Origin: Asterias rubens
Lineage: Eukaryota
Assembly (NCBI RefSeq): GCF_902459465.1
Contig: NC_047064.1
Coordinates: 15,562,001-15,626,000, forward strand
DNA: 64,000 nucleotides
Direction of reading: 5' to 3'
The notes beneath the pieces were generated by a model that saw only the letters and a list, made by a program, of their open reading frames with translations, was not told the DNA's origin and did not search any database. Position numbers and translations under genes: made by a program. Shown one piece after another: positions 50,901 through 63,745 of the stretch (position 1 is its first letter; every line of letters starts with the position of its first letter).

Positions 50901-53900
50901 GAAGTAATTTTCCACGACTTTGATTTCGAGACCTCAGATTTAGAACTTGAGGTCTCAAAATCAACCATCTAAACGCACACAACTTCGTGTGACAAGGGTT
51001 ATTTTTCTTTCATTATTATCTCGCAACTTTGATGACCGATTAGCTCAAATTTTCACATGTTTGTTATTTTATGCGTATTGAGATACACCAACTGTGAGGA
51101 CTATTCTTTGACAATTACCAATAGTGTCCACTGCCTTTAAAACCTTAATCAATATGCATAACAGCTATATATACTAATGTACATAATTGTCATCTTTCAT
51201 AGGTGTGATTGCCACAGTTGCAGGAGGTGGTTCAGTTTTGTTCAGTGGCTGGTTGATCAAACGCTTTAACATGAAGATACCAGGGCTGCTGAAACTCTGC
51301 ATCATCGCTACAGCTGTAGACGGTATCCTCATGCTGGGTTTGCTTCTCAGATGTGAAGAGATACCACTAGCTGGCGTTTTCAAAAACTACCAAGGAAATG
51401 GGTACGATTTAGTTAGTCAAACGTTCTAGATCAAGTCATCTGAGTGCAGGCATCTATAGTGCCAGCCACCAAGTATGATGTTCATAGAGTATGAACAAGT
51501 TTTCCCTTGCTATCAGCCATTATTTCATTCCTTAAAACATCTCTAAGAGACTCTGTAAAAATCTAACATGTAACATTCTGTACAATTAGAGGATTTTCAC
51601 ACCCCCCAAGAGGACATTTTTATCAAATTTTCATGATTTTTTTGTTTTTATAGTTTAAAAATGTCCTTAATGATATGCTGTTTCAAAATTTCAATAGCCT
51701 TACAATTTTTTTTCAAAGTAACACTTTGGGGAACAGTTATGGGAGGTTTCAAAATGTATGGCAGATCTTTGTTCTTGTGCTTTTGTAGAAACTTTTACAA
51801 AGTTACTAGAAATTTTGTTAATTTATATTTAGTCAATGACATTATGGCATTATTTGTAATAAAATCTTCAATCTGATTTTTCCCCCTTCTCTCCAAGGTC
51901 ATTATCTGAAATTCAGCTGGAAAGCTCCTGCAATTTGGCCTGTGAATGCTCAACTGAATTTTATTTACCAGTGTGTGGTGAGAATGGAATGATCTACTTC
52001 AGTGCCTGCCATGCTGGCTGCCTTAACTACGATGACAAGGTAAGATTATGTTTTGTATTTGTTTGTACATGACAAGGTTTGAGGATAATTTTTGCAATCA
52101 TTACCAGAAGGCAATAAAAATGTCGCTAAGATAACTTTCTATTATCTGGTCCAAGTTGGTTACCATGGCTCAATTTCCTGGAGCAAATGAAGCAGAAGTG
52201 TTTGCTTCTCAATTTGTTCTCCTTGGCAAAACTATGAACAGGAATCCAGTCAGAGTGTATTTTCCTGATCCGAATCCTAAAACCCGATTCATGCTTCCTG
52301 CGAATGCGAATGCGATACAAATGTTGACGTCACAAATTTGCAACAAATAACTCGCAGGGGTTGAGTTGTGCGCGACTCTCCTGCGAATATCGCAGCGAAA
52401 ACAGAGTTGTGCTGTCAAATTCACATCAAATTCGCATCGCATTCGCAGGAAGTATGAACTGGGCTTTAACGTGTGTAAATAACAAGATTTTTGGCACATA
52501 AAGCCCGATTCATATTTCCTGCGAATGCGAAGCGAATGTTGACGTAACAAATTCACAACGAACAATTTCGCAGCAGTTGAACTGTGCTCGACTCACTTAC
52601 GAATACGGCTGTGAAAGGAGGGTTGTGATGCAAATTCACATCAAATTCGCTTTGCATTCGCATGAAGTATGAACCGGGCTTTTGGGTGTTGGAACATAGG
52701 GGTACATGTCGGAATAAAGAGCAGCTCTGCCCGAGCAGTTCTAAGAAATTGGGCCCAGGTAAGATTATTTGTGAATCAAGAGAAGAAGAGTCACTCACAC
52801 CTAAAACAATTGAGTAATGTGCAATTCATAATCATAGATGCTAAACCAATGTTTTTATGGTATGAGAGAGATTGGTTGTTGCCAGCTTGGCATTTATTGT
52901 GCCTGTAAGTTGCCTCACATAACATGGCCAATAATGACTAGAAGCGCCTATCATTTCCGCCAATTTTACTCCCCAAAATGGCAGAAGTTGTAGATGCGCA
53001 TTATGATGAGGTGCTGTTCACAAGGGCTCAATAACCCATTCTTACTAACATCACATTACTATAGCAATGTAGCAGTTCTGCCACGTTGGAGGACTAGGCA
53101 CATGAGCAAAGTACGCATCACACCATCCAGCATTGCCGTCAAAGCACATGCTCTGCATGAACTGTTCAAGCATTTCTAGTAATAAGCAAGCATTCATGCG
53201 TGATAAGCGCACATACATGTAGACCACACCGCAAATACTCGGTACATGAGCAATAGGCATGGAATGAGGTGCATGCATGCTGGTCTAGCTAGCAATCAAG
53301 TTTGGTCGCTAGCTAGACCAGCCTGCACCTCATTCAACAGGTAGCGCTTGTGCAATGGGTATTTGTGAAAAGGTCTATGCAGGTACTGCATCATGAGGAG
53401 CACTTACATGTATATCATTTAATATATCATCAAAGTTCCAATCATTGTGGTATTTAACAATTCTTTATTTCTCCTTTTGATGTCATTTCAGACAAATAGT
53501 TATAATGATTGTTTGTGTACTTCCTTAAATGGCACTGGTACAGGCAGTGCAACGCCGGGTCTCTGTCCATCGACCTGCGGCCAGCTTGGTCTCTTCATTG
53601 TATTCCTTACTGCAATTATCATTGCGTACTTTCTGAGCGGGGTACCAGCCTTCAATATCATGTTAAGGTTGGTGGTTAATCAATAATATGACATTCTATT
53701 TTTAAGACACTGGGGTGGATTTCACAAAGAGTTAAGAGTTATAGTCTTATCTCGAGTTAGTAAGCTTGGGCGATATCGATTTATTTTATTCACGATATAT
53801 CGCCGACAATATATCGCGTTGTTCGATATAATCGCCATTAATTAAATTTGACATCATCAGTCTTCAAACTCCAAGTGAAAGTTGAAGAAGAGCAGTCATA

Positions 53901-56742
53901 GCAAAAGAGAGGTGTTCTAATGACATATTCTTCTGATTTTACTCCAAACCTATGGGGTGCGAGATGTCTCAGCTAGCAAATACATCGCGATATTTAATCG
54001 ATATCGTGTATCGATATTTCGATTAAAACCAAATTCATCCGATATCGAAATCTTTCCAAATTAATATCGCGATATACGATAATATCGTGATATCGCCCAA
54101 GCTTACGAGTTAGGACTAGCCATACACTTTTGATATCTCCTAGGACTAATCTTCAGTTAGGACTCGTCCTAACTCTTTGTGAAATTGAGCCCTGGACACG
54201 TTTGGTAACTGTCAAAAACCAGAATTCTCACTTGATGTACCGGTATTATAACAAACCTGTGAAAATTTGGACTCAATTGGTCATCGAAATTGCAAAAGAA
54301 TAATGACCTAAAAACACCCTTGTTGCTTAAATGTGTGTGCTTTCAGATGCACAATAAACTGCTTCAGCTGAAGTCTTTTATTATTTGAGTGGAAAACCCC
54401 CCAAAAAACTATGTTACTAGCGTTAGAGGGAGCCAATTCGCACAATAATTTATACTTATCAACAGCTCTCCATTGCTTGTTACCAATTAAGTTTTATGCT
54501 AATAACAATTTTGAGCAATAGCCAAAAATGTCCAATGCCTTTAAAAATATAAGAGTAATTTGCTTTATGAGTGATTACTTTGTTACTCAATAGAATAGAA
54601 AGATATTTACGAGACTCAGAGTCAACATGTAAACATCATTTTTGAAAGAGTGTTATTTTTTAGTTGACAAACACAAGACCCCCCAGCCTTGTCTGTTTGC
54701 TGGAGCGATTCCAACCAGAATTATGATTGTATCTCTAAATTGATTTTAGTTCAGTGACCAACCTTAAATGTACCCAATGCATTTCAACTTCCAATTATTA
54801 TCCAGTAGCATAATTTTAAGGCAGGGTATAACTTGGTAATTGCTCCAAAAATAAATGACCATAAAAGCTTGCTTGGTAAAGCGCACTAGAGAGCTGTTGA
54901 TATTATAAAACATTGTTAGAAACCACATCCTTTGAAGTAATCAATAATTTGGGGAGCTAATTGTCCCTACTCGCAGCTAGAGCTGAATTGCGAAGTATGC
55001 GGCTACAACGTGTTCGAGAAGCAGGCATGCAAGGGCGCATTCAGCTGCCAGCCACATCAACCCATTATGACCACGTGGAGCACAGCAAAGATCGAAAGTG
55101 TTTGATTTTTTCCTGAGGGAGGAATCCGGATAGTCTGGAAAACCCTCGTGGCACAGCAGAGAACCAACGCACAACTCAGCTCACATACGGCCCCCTACCG
55201 GGAATCGAACCGGGGTCACCTTGGTGAGAAAGCGAGCGCTTTACGCACAAGCCAACCGTGCCAACCTAAATGTAGTTTAAGAAGTTAGTTTTCACCAAAA
55301 TAAATTGAATTTGGGAAAAAAACTTCAGGCTTGAAGTCTTTCTCAGGTATCCGAAAGCACCCAATTCTATGCAACGTGTTTTCTTTCATTATTTTTTTGC
55401 AAACTCAATGACCAATTGAGCCCAACTTTTCAGAGGTTTGTTGTGTTATACATAGTGCTGGCCCACACCAAGTAACTGAAGATACTCGGTGGTCTTTGAC
55501 AATTACCAAATGTGTAAACAATTAAACTTGCCTATTACAATTCCATGGCTATGTTAATACAATTGTCCAGCTATATTTTTGCAGTCTTTTGTCAAGTTAC
55601 ATGTACAGCTGTCATTTATTTATGTATAGAACAAAGAAAACTAAAACTGTTAGCGTAACGGCTGCTAAGATATAGAATTTGACCCGCCTCTAGCTACAAG
55701 CAAGCTGTGTAATCTAGAATGGCAAAGGTCATGGGTTTGAATCCCACGTGCAGACATGTATATGTCTGTATACATGTGTGACTCAAAAAAGTACCGAGTA
55801 TACAGTGCAACACACATTGAGTAAAATATGGAACAAGTTAGTCACTTTACCCTGTGTGATAAAAAAGAACCTTCTCTTTCAATACTAAGCCATTCAAGAT
55901 TTTCACGTGAAGTGAATCTATTTTCGCTGTTACAATTCACCCCTATAGGCCCTATGCCCTTGATATTTGAAGTATTTTGTATCATTTTATTTTTTCTAGA
56001 TGTGTTCCAGATGGCCAGCAGGCCTATGCATTAGGATTACATGGATTCTTGGTCAGAGCATTTGGTAAGACAATGCAGAGAACATTTAACAAATTGTTTT
56101 TTAACCAGCACATGAAAAATTATTGTATGTGCAGACCTTGCTTAAACCTAGCAATCTTTCAATTTGTAAATGAGCGACAGCAACAACGTTAAGCCAGCAT
56201 ATTGTATATCTGAATTCGCATTTACATTTGCTTAAATCGTTCCATGTTTAAAGGAACAACCCCACGACCGATCTTACTAAAACGTTTTTTTAAATACAAT
56301 TATCTGCAAGACTTTGCATACTTGAACTGCATTCCTTTAATCTGTTCATGTTAAGTCGTGAAAGTAGCAATTCAAAGAGACTATAATCCCAAAAAGCATT
56401 TAATCCATCCACGGACTTTGCACATCCAGCCTATTAAATAGCTTCCCATTTAATCTTTCTGTCTTTAAAGGAGCAATCCCTGGACCAATCTTATTTGGGT
56501 ACATCTTGGACACAACCTGTACATTATGGCACAAGGAATGTGAGGAGAGCGGACAGTGTTGGTTCTATAACCGTACCGATGTCTCTATCTACGTCATGAT
56601 GCTAGGAATGATTGTTAAAGGAGTTGTCTTTCTATTCCATTGTCTCGCCCTATACTCCTACCGACCGATATCTTCCCCAGATGGGACCAGTAAACCGAAC
56701 AATGATGTATATAAGCAAATTCCTTTTGATGTGGAAACATGA
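41931..56742 (+). CDS. Organic anion transporting polypeptide (SLCO/OATP, SLCO4-like)
   Basis: Exons 44620(ATG 44629)-45355, 46029-46134, 47322-47443, 48755-49015, 51203-51401, 51898-52039, 53492-53667, 56000-56064, 56471-56742, with consistent phases. Candidate first exon 41931-41960. Motifs: SLERRFEL, WVGAWWLGF, FLPKFLESQF, Kazal-like CxCxxxxxxPVCGxNGxxYFSACHAGC, GAIPGPILFGYILDTTC..W...C...GQCW.Y. Confidence 0.92.
43589..43976. mobile_element. K1 MITE copy
   Basis: TTAA-flanked, shared internal sequence; a more degraded copy lies at about 42410-42720. Confidence 0.8.
47493..47877. mobile_element. K1 MITE copy (SLCO intron)
   Basis: TTAA|AGGCAGTTGACAC ... gtgtccggtgtct|TTAA. Confidence 0.85.
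49082..49452. mobile_element. K1-related MITE copy
   Basis: TTAA|AGGCACTGGACAC start, degraded end. Confidence 0.75.
49939..50324. mobile_element. K1 MITE copy
   Basis: Both termini, TTAA flanks. Confidence 0.85.
50477..50778. repeat. ~61-bp tandem repeat, about 5 copies
   Basis: gtcaaacagggaact(a)ataacctagag(a/c)(c)catcacc(t)t(a/c)acaatactt...gtagttactg(a/t) repeated. Confidence 0.85.
50780..51140. mobile_element. K1 MITE copy
   Basis: Perfect TTAA|AGGCAGTGGACACTATTGG ... CCAATAGTGTCCACTGCCT|TTAA. Confidence 0.88.
52280..52681. mobile_element. Two adjacent copies of the AAGCCCGG palindromic MITE (52280-52466, 52501-52681)
   Basis: Same TIR and internal sequence as 456-636. Confidence 0.8.
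53710..54194. mobile_element. Host MITE (GGGGTGGATTTCACAAAG...CTTTGTGAAATTGAGCCC) carrying a nested element
   Basis: Imperfect TIRs either side of the 53761-54105 insertion. Confidence 0.7.
53761..54105. mobile_element. hAT-like MITE with 8-bp TSD
   Basis: TIR TAAGCTTGGGCGATATC / GATATCGCCCAAGCTTA; CGAGTTAG duplicated at 53753-53760 and 54106-54113. Confidence 0.9.
54190..54544. mobile_element. K1-related MITE copy
   Basis: Shared internal sequence; ends gtccaatgcct|ttaa. Confidence 0.7.
54945..55266 (-). mobile_element. Well-preserved tRNA-derived SINE interrupting a degraded K1 copy (about 54816-55520)
   Basis: Minus strand: ggttggcacggttggc...aaggtgaccccggttcgattcccgg, then a central domain (gagttgtgcgttggttctctgc...ccggattcctccc). 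Confidence 0.75.
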
Positions 56743-59657
56743 TGTATTAAGTGGCTTAACTAACTGTGTACATTGGAATCGAATCTCAAAGTCTTCCAAA
56801 TGGTTTGAAGAATCATTTATATAAAAGATATATGAGAGGGTATTCTAACTTGAAGCTTATTAATGAATGTCATTAAATTAGGTAATTTATTTTTGATGCA
56901 GTTTGTAAAAATTTGTTTACCTAAAAGGAACAAATTGTAATCTGATTCTGCTGCAGGTAGTGGAAAGGTTACTCAGTATTGTCACAAGGTAAAACAAAAA
57001 TTTGTATAGATATATATTCTGTTCTTCTATCATTGGGTAAAATATCTATCAGATTATAACTGGAGATGTTAATTTTTTAATCAGCTCTATTTTTGTATTA
57101 ACTTGAACATTTGTACACATCAATATGATAAATTGTTAAAGATGCACTTGCACGGGTTGAGATTGATAGGTGTCACTTTTGGAAGTTCCTTCCATAAATT
57201 GGTTTTCTAATAGTTGGTTGCACTTTTGTTTTGTTGTGTAGTAAATTGTGAATTCTTTTAATCTTTTGTTTTTTTTCCCCCATCTTGAAGAAAAAGATTA
57301 GCAAGGTCAACATAGTGTTTTGGTTCAACCATTTTCCAACAAAATATTAAAAAATAAATTCCCTCCTAAACATTTCAGAACTACTGTTAGAATTTGGTTT
57401 CAGAAAATTAAACAATTAAACCCTGAATAAACAAAGTAACAACAACACGTTATTATAAAATGCCATGGATAGTTTGTTTTCTTTCTGGGATAACTGTCCG
57501 TGCGTAAAACTATACATCAACTGATCATACAAAAAGAAGATGTTTCAAAACTGGCCCAATGGCTTATGAGCAACCACCTATATACAACTTGGGAAAGTTT
57601 TGAGGAATACATGTAACACATCATTTGAAATGGTTAAAGAACATTAAGAAAACTCCAACAAAATAATTGTTGTACCAAAAATATTTAAAGGTTACAACCT
57701 TTCAAGACAATCTGCCTTTTTCTACTTGTATATATTATTTCTTGAAATTAGTTGTCAATTTATTTGTTTTGTATGATAACATACGGTATTTCAAGTAAAT
57801 GCTGCGCAAATATGTTGGTTTTCTCATCTTGATAATATCAGTGAAAGTATTTAAAGTATAAAATGGTCCCAGGTTTGTTATTTTGTGCATAATGTTGGGA
57901 TACATCGAGAGAGTAGACAGGTCTTTGACAATTACCAAAGGCGTCTAGTGTCTTTAAGGAGACATTCTGAATTTTGTTTTGTTTTATGTGTTTTTTCCTA
58001 GATGTTTTATTTCCAGTTTTTTGTTTGTTTTGGGAAAAGTAATTAGTGTAACCACCTCAACCTATTCAGGACTTATAAAATACATAATATTATTGGAACT
58101 TTAAGAACATTTTAATACTGGTATTTGTTTGTTAGAAAAAACACTGATGCAATATTTGTTCTTTCATGTGTGTTTAAAAAACTGTATAATAAAAGAGAGT
58201 TTGAGTTTGAATTATCCTCTTTTCAGGTTCTGAAACATTGTGTTTCGAAGTTCATTTACTTTTGGCACATTATTATTGTGTTTTAACCTCATCTACCAAT
58301 CATTTAAGGGTCATTCACCTCCACTTGTCTGGTGAAGAAGAAAACAGGTTTGGTACAATAAAAACTACAATTGAAATTAAGTATAAACTTACTTCATTAC
58401 AAGAGTTAAAGGGACCAAGACGTTGCCTTGGATTAGCAAACCAGCGCGGTTTCATTTCTAACACTTTTCAAACTAACACACAAAAAAAGGATAACATTTT
58501 GTCATAATAATGTAGGCATAGTTCCATCTACATGTGCAAATGGCTTTTTTTTTTTAAAGCAAACTTTTTAATGGCAAAGTATACCTTTGATTTTGTTTAA
58601 CCGTCTGATTGTTTTAAAACACAGAAAAATAGGAGCATTTTAGTGTCCACGCAGGATGAATAATCCCTAATTGGAATACACAATGTGGGAAACATACCTG
58701 ACAGGTTCGTTTCTCAGATTCAAGTTTAGGGGCATAAAACCTTTGTCAAATGGTTCTCAACATTGTTGCTAAGTTTGTTGATATGGGCATCCTACATGTA
58801 TGCTTCAGCACACGTTTCAATGACAACCAAGCCATCGCCACTTATTTGGACACACTTCTTAATTAGCAGGAAACATTACATGACATTATGTCTAATCCCA
58901 AAGTCATAGCTGTTAAACAGGAAATACTGTTCAGCAGAACTCTACGCTAAGCAAAACAAGCCGGGCACCAGTGGTCACAATGAAAGCATGGTGGGACTTT
59001 GGCTGCTACATGTAAGCAAGATTTTTCTGTGGTTAGCAACTTTTTGTGCTTTATAGGCTTTATGAAATTGGGCCCAAAACCTTGTGACTAAAACAAAACA
59101 AAATCTTCTTCAAGCATTGATTGTAAACATTTATTTTGTACACTTTCTCTAAGTAAAGAAAACAAAATGTATTGACAATTGATGTACATAATATGTGAAT
59201 GGTCATTGATTGCAGGAATCAATCATGCATTATTCATCAAGGAATAAAGCAACTGAAGGAAACAGTTTGAAATAAAACATCTTTTTGTCATTTGTTGATT
59301 AGCCATTTCATATATGAGGTACTGCAACTGTACCTGTGTAAAAGCAGAACATGGTGGACAAATTAAGCGTTCAAGGAATAAAAAACTGAAGCAAACAGTT
59401 GTGTTAAAAAATCTTGTCGATTGTTCTTCAGCCATTTGAAATAATAAACATATACCTGCAACTACCTGTGTAAAGCAGGACGTTGTGGACGAAAAATGTT
59501 CTTGGACGCAACACATGGCCATCCTTGGACAACAGAGGGCTCACTGGTTACTTTTCAGCAGCATATTAATGCAACATCTTACAAACGTGGATACTTCCAA
59601 CCATCAAAATATTTAGATTTTTATATCTGCCAAAATGATTAATAAAATGTCAGTTTC

Positions 59658-62600
59658 TCACTCTGTCAGGGATCTACTGAACCAAAATGGTCTCTTTTTC
59701 TTCATCTCCACAACTTCTTTTCCTTGGTCTTCCGGTCTTAACGCTTCATCCTCGTACAAGACGATGCTCTCTCGTTCCGGGATGATGTTATTTTCCTCTT
59801 GAGTCTCAAATAACTCCTTCCTTATCTCGGCTGACTCTTGCCGTATTCTGATGAGACAGTGTCTGGAATAAATAAAAGCAACAATTACAAAATTTATAAA
59901 TCAGGGCATCTGACTCTCTACGAACGTTCCAGAAGTGTGTCAAACATTATCTACATGTATACCCAACCAAATGCGCTGCGTTCTTGACATAGTGGCGCTT
60001 TATAAATGCTTCATAAGTACCTCCGGATACTTTACCATTTATTGTCTGCGGCCATAAAAACAAAACAAAATTGAACAAGAGCAACATGTAACGAACATGA
60101 ATTCCTGGATAAACATGTGGGTGAAAGTGGAAGATCCGACTTTGTTGCACAAAACCAGTTTTGTTCAATAATTGTATTGTGATCTTGTTAATGTAGCAAT
60201 TATTTGGCATTTTATGGCTAGGCGGTTTAATCCATCTGACACAAGCTCTGGTATTTCTGATCAGCAGAGTGTGGGTTCAAGTCCCAGTCTTGACACTTGT
60301 GTCCTTAGAGCGAAGGTACACGTTTGGTAATTGTCAAAGACCAGTCTTCTCACTTGGTGTATCCCATCATAACCATAAAATAACAAACCTGTGAAAATTT
60401 TGGCTCAATTGGTCATCTAAGTTGCCAGAAAATGATGAAAGAAAAAACACCCTTGTTGGAAGAATTTGTGCGCTTTCAGATAAGAATAAAAAGACTTCTA
60501 GTGAGAAATTACCTCTTTCTCGAAAACTACATTACGTGACTTCAGAGGGAGTTGTTTCCCACAATATTTTATACTACCAACAGCTCTCAAATGCTCGTTA
60601 CTGAGTCAGTTTTTAAGTTAATGTTTGTTTTGAGTAATTACCAATTGTGTACCTTCCCTTTAAGTGAGACACTATAACCATTATTGCTCCATCCTTCGGA
60701 TAGGATCATGTAATGCAGTAGGTCCCGAGCATCTAGTAAAGAACTCAGTTACACTTGTTGCAAAAAGATTGGTGTTTCTGGCAGTGCCTGCTGAATGCAA
60801 CTCACATTTAAGGTGCTTTAAAAAGCTCAGTCTTATAAGGTGCCAAATAAATCAGTCCGAGAACTCAAAAATGTCAAAAACCTATCTTAGATATGTTTCT
60901 CTTTATTTAAGTTGGACAAAAGTGCCACTGAAAAGGTCATTCACGCATTTGTTACCTCTCGTCTTGACAACGGCAATGCTCTTCTCTACAGTCTTCCTAA
61001 CAACCAGATTTCCAGACTTCAACGGCTCCAAAATACTGCTGCCCGCATTGTGACACTGTCTAGAAAATCGTGTTCTATCACCCCCATTCTGAAACAACTA
61101 CACTGGCTCCCTATCTCTCAACGAATCATCTTCAAGCTGATGCTCATTGTCCACAAAGCTCTTAATGGCAAGGCTCCCCACTATATTTCTGAACTGCTTC
61201 AAGTTTACACTCCATCAAGGAATCTTCGATCAAGTTCTATGCTTCTCCTCATTGAACCCAAGTCTCGACACTCATGGGGTGACAGGTCTTTTTCTTCAGC
61301 CGCGCCACGCATCTGGAACTCTCTACCACTTAATCTTCGATCTTGTCTTTGTACTGCAAAATTCAAGTCTCTTCTCAAAACTTATCTTATGTCACAGGTT
61401 TTCAATGACTAATTTTGTTGTGTCTGTTTTTCTTTGTGTTGTGTTTTGTTTTTGTTTTGTTTTTGGTTTTACTGCGCCTTGAACACCCAGCAGGGTGGAT
61501 ATGTGCGCATTACAAGTCTTATTATTATTATTATTATATTAAGTGCTGAGAACTTTATTGCCATTTTCCATCCCTCCTGTTTGTGTCACTCAATAAACCA
61601 CCATTCATGCACTGTCATATGTCACTTCCTTGTAGACTATAACATGACGTGGTCTCCCCACACCAAGGTAACATGGATTGTCCTAACTTACATGCAAGAT
61701 CGCAATTTCATATTTCCGAAGCAATAGCCTGTAAGTGAAGGGGGTGGGGGCAAACATTGATAATGTTGACTTAACAGAATGAAATCTCACCCGCAGATAA
61801 ATCCCCTCATCTTGGAATGTCCACATACTTCACACATCACAAACTTCCATTCAGGTATGTATTCCTCAAGCTTCTCGACTGCTCTGCGTCTCTTGCGATT
61901 GCGTTGAATAGAGCGTCTGTGCTTGGGTACAGCCCACAAGAAGCCATCAAAGATACTAGATAAACTCCCCTGGTTATGATGTGATTGATCATCGATTAAC
62001 GACGTTCCTTGGAGTGCAAATGCTGGAGCTGTTTTTAGAAGATAAGAAATTTAAAGTTAGTTTAAATGCAGGTTTTCCTTTCAATAAAATGACTTGCTAC
62101 TTTGTATCTGTACTCCCTTCTATTTTCTAAAAAAGAATGCTGATAAATTTTGAGGGAAAAAATACTTTTGGGGTACATGATTTAACATGAATGGTACCGG
62201 CGCTTCTATTATTTCACAAGTCAATCATCTCTGGAGTGTGGGTCGATTTAAGCACTCTCCTCTCCCAGTATTCGACTACTCCAAGAACTATGCACTATGT
62301 ATGAGATTCATTCCGCTACCGTGGAGAAGATAGTGGAACGAACCTCATAATTCTAGAAGTAGTATCTGACATAGTATATTTTCACTGTTAAGCTACTCCT
62401 AAAAATAAAATTATGAGGTTTGTTCAACTATCGTCTCCCCACAGCGCATATCTACAAATACAATACAAAAACCTATTATTTATGGACTATGGTTAAAATT
62501 AAATGCTCTCTTTTACATTAGTAGGCCTATTTTTTAATAATAAGTCAGCCGGTTATTAACAGCTCCAGCTGGTCATTGTCAACCATTAAAACACCCCCAC

Positions 62601-62912
62601 GTGACGCGCTCTCCACCAATAGGAGTAGCGAAACTGTCTGGGGTAATTATGAATGCTAATACACACTGTGTGTAGTCACTAGTTAGTAGTACTGTGTAGT
62701 AAATATAATTTTAAAACAGATTTAATTGAAAAAGGCCCTCGAAATCGGGTCATAACAATAAAATATACCTATTAAATAAAGCACAAAGAACAGAAAATAA
62801 AACTAGTGTTACCTAAAGGTGGGTGGCCACCCAATCTCTCCAATAATCTTGCCTCGAGTTTTTCTAATGAAAAACGCAAGTTTTGGAGCAATCTAAACAC
62901 CCGGACCGTCAT
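59658..62912 (-). CDS. MRPL32: Mitochondrial ribosomal protein L32 (bL32m), about 180 aa
   Basis: Exons 62912-62813, 62028-61791, 59862-59658 (543 nt): ...SIFDGFLWAVPKHRRSIQRNRKRRR...CEVCGHSKMRGFICGHC...VLYEDE...VEMKKKRPFWF. The AVPK.R.S motif and CxxC...CxxC zinc ligands are present. Confidence 0.92.
60307..60663. mobile_element. K1-related MITE in MRPL32 intron 2
   Basis: gaaggtacac ... gtgtaccttccct|ttaa. Confidence 0.8.
60913..61538 (+). mobile_element. 5'-truncated L2-clade LINE (ORF2 C-terminus, 3' UTR and (TTA)n tail), antisense in MRPL32 intron 2
   Basis: Open frame with IHAFVTSRLDNGNALL, RLQRLQNTAAR, LHWLPISQRIIFK, GDRSFSSAAPRIWNSLP. TTAAGT on both sides may be a TSD. Confidence 0.88.
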
Positions 62913-63083
62913 CTTAATTTCGTCTGCCTCAGCTCCTTGATGATTACCAAAATTGAGCACATGTAAACCACAGGGCGCCCTCATTTGTTGTAGTTAGGCC
63001 ATTAGTCAGTGAAACTTCTTCCGCTAAGGAGTATTTTAGATTTGACGACGTCTGGGAAATATCGGCACGGCACAACAGCAATC
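62913..63083. promoter_or_regulatory. Bidirectional promoter / 5' UTR region between MRPL32 and PSMA2
   Basis: Only 171 bp separates the two divergent start codons. Confidence 0.7.
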
Positions 63084-63121
63084 ATGACAGAAAGATACAG
63101 TTTTTCGCTCACTACTTTCAG
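63084..63121 (+). CDS. PSMA2: Proteasome subunit alpha type-2, exon 1 (rest outside the window)
   Basis: ATG ACA GAA AGA TAC AGT TTT TCG CTC ACT ACT TTC AG|GTAATT = MTERYSFSLTTFS, the alpha-2 N-terminal signature, with a phase-2 donor. Confidence 0.88.
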
Positions 63122-63587
63122 GTAATTTCTCCTTTTTGCAACGAAAAATGTATATAATTGTATTATTGGTGAGATTCTCTGCAATGTATTCTTGTTAGTT
63201 CACTTATTGTATTGACAGGAAATGTTTTCGTACAACTTGAATTTTATAGTTTATTTTTGTCAACTTTTGTTTTGCCGAATCATTTTTTAGCTTTGTCATT
63301 TGTTTCTGCTGCAACAATTAGAATTTACTTCAGCCTTCAACAAAAACAAACTCGGTGATTTTTATTGTATAATAGGCCTAGCCACATTTCACTTGTTTTG
63401 CGATTGTTTGCGTTGTTGCTGTACATGCTGTACCTGTTCACTGCATGCTGTTCGTGCTCACACTAATTCATTTAATTATAATTATTTTAGCAGAGATTTT
63501 TATTTATTTACAATTACACGGTCTACATTACAGTTACACTTAATTTAAACAAAAGTCTTACTCTTAACTTGGCAAAAGGAGAAAAAT

Positions 63588-63745
63588 GGGTACCTGACAC
63601 CTCGGCACCTTGCAAACTCGGCACCAGCAAACTCGGCACTTCGCAAACTCGGCACCTCGCAAACTCGGCACCCACTCGACACCAACAAACGAACTCGACA
63701 CCGGCCTGTTTTGGTCCTACAAACTCGGCACCAAACAACAAATAC
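63588..63745. mobile_element. Left arm of a MITE with AAACTCGGCACC subterminal repeats
   Basis: About 8 imperfect tandem copies after gggtacctgacacctcggcacc; no matching right arm in the window. Confidence 0.55.

Noticed and set aside
6574-50982. Recurrent ORFs such as CFQMLDFETS / LRSRNQIRGKLL
   Set aside because: They all fall inside K1 MITE copies and have no transposase motifs.
62913-62984. Longer MRPL32 start at 62984
   Set aside because: It would leave only about 100 bp to the PSMA2 ATG; ATG 62912 has a better context (aagATG) and gives the expected ~180 aa. Not fully excluded.
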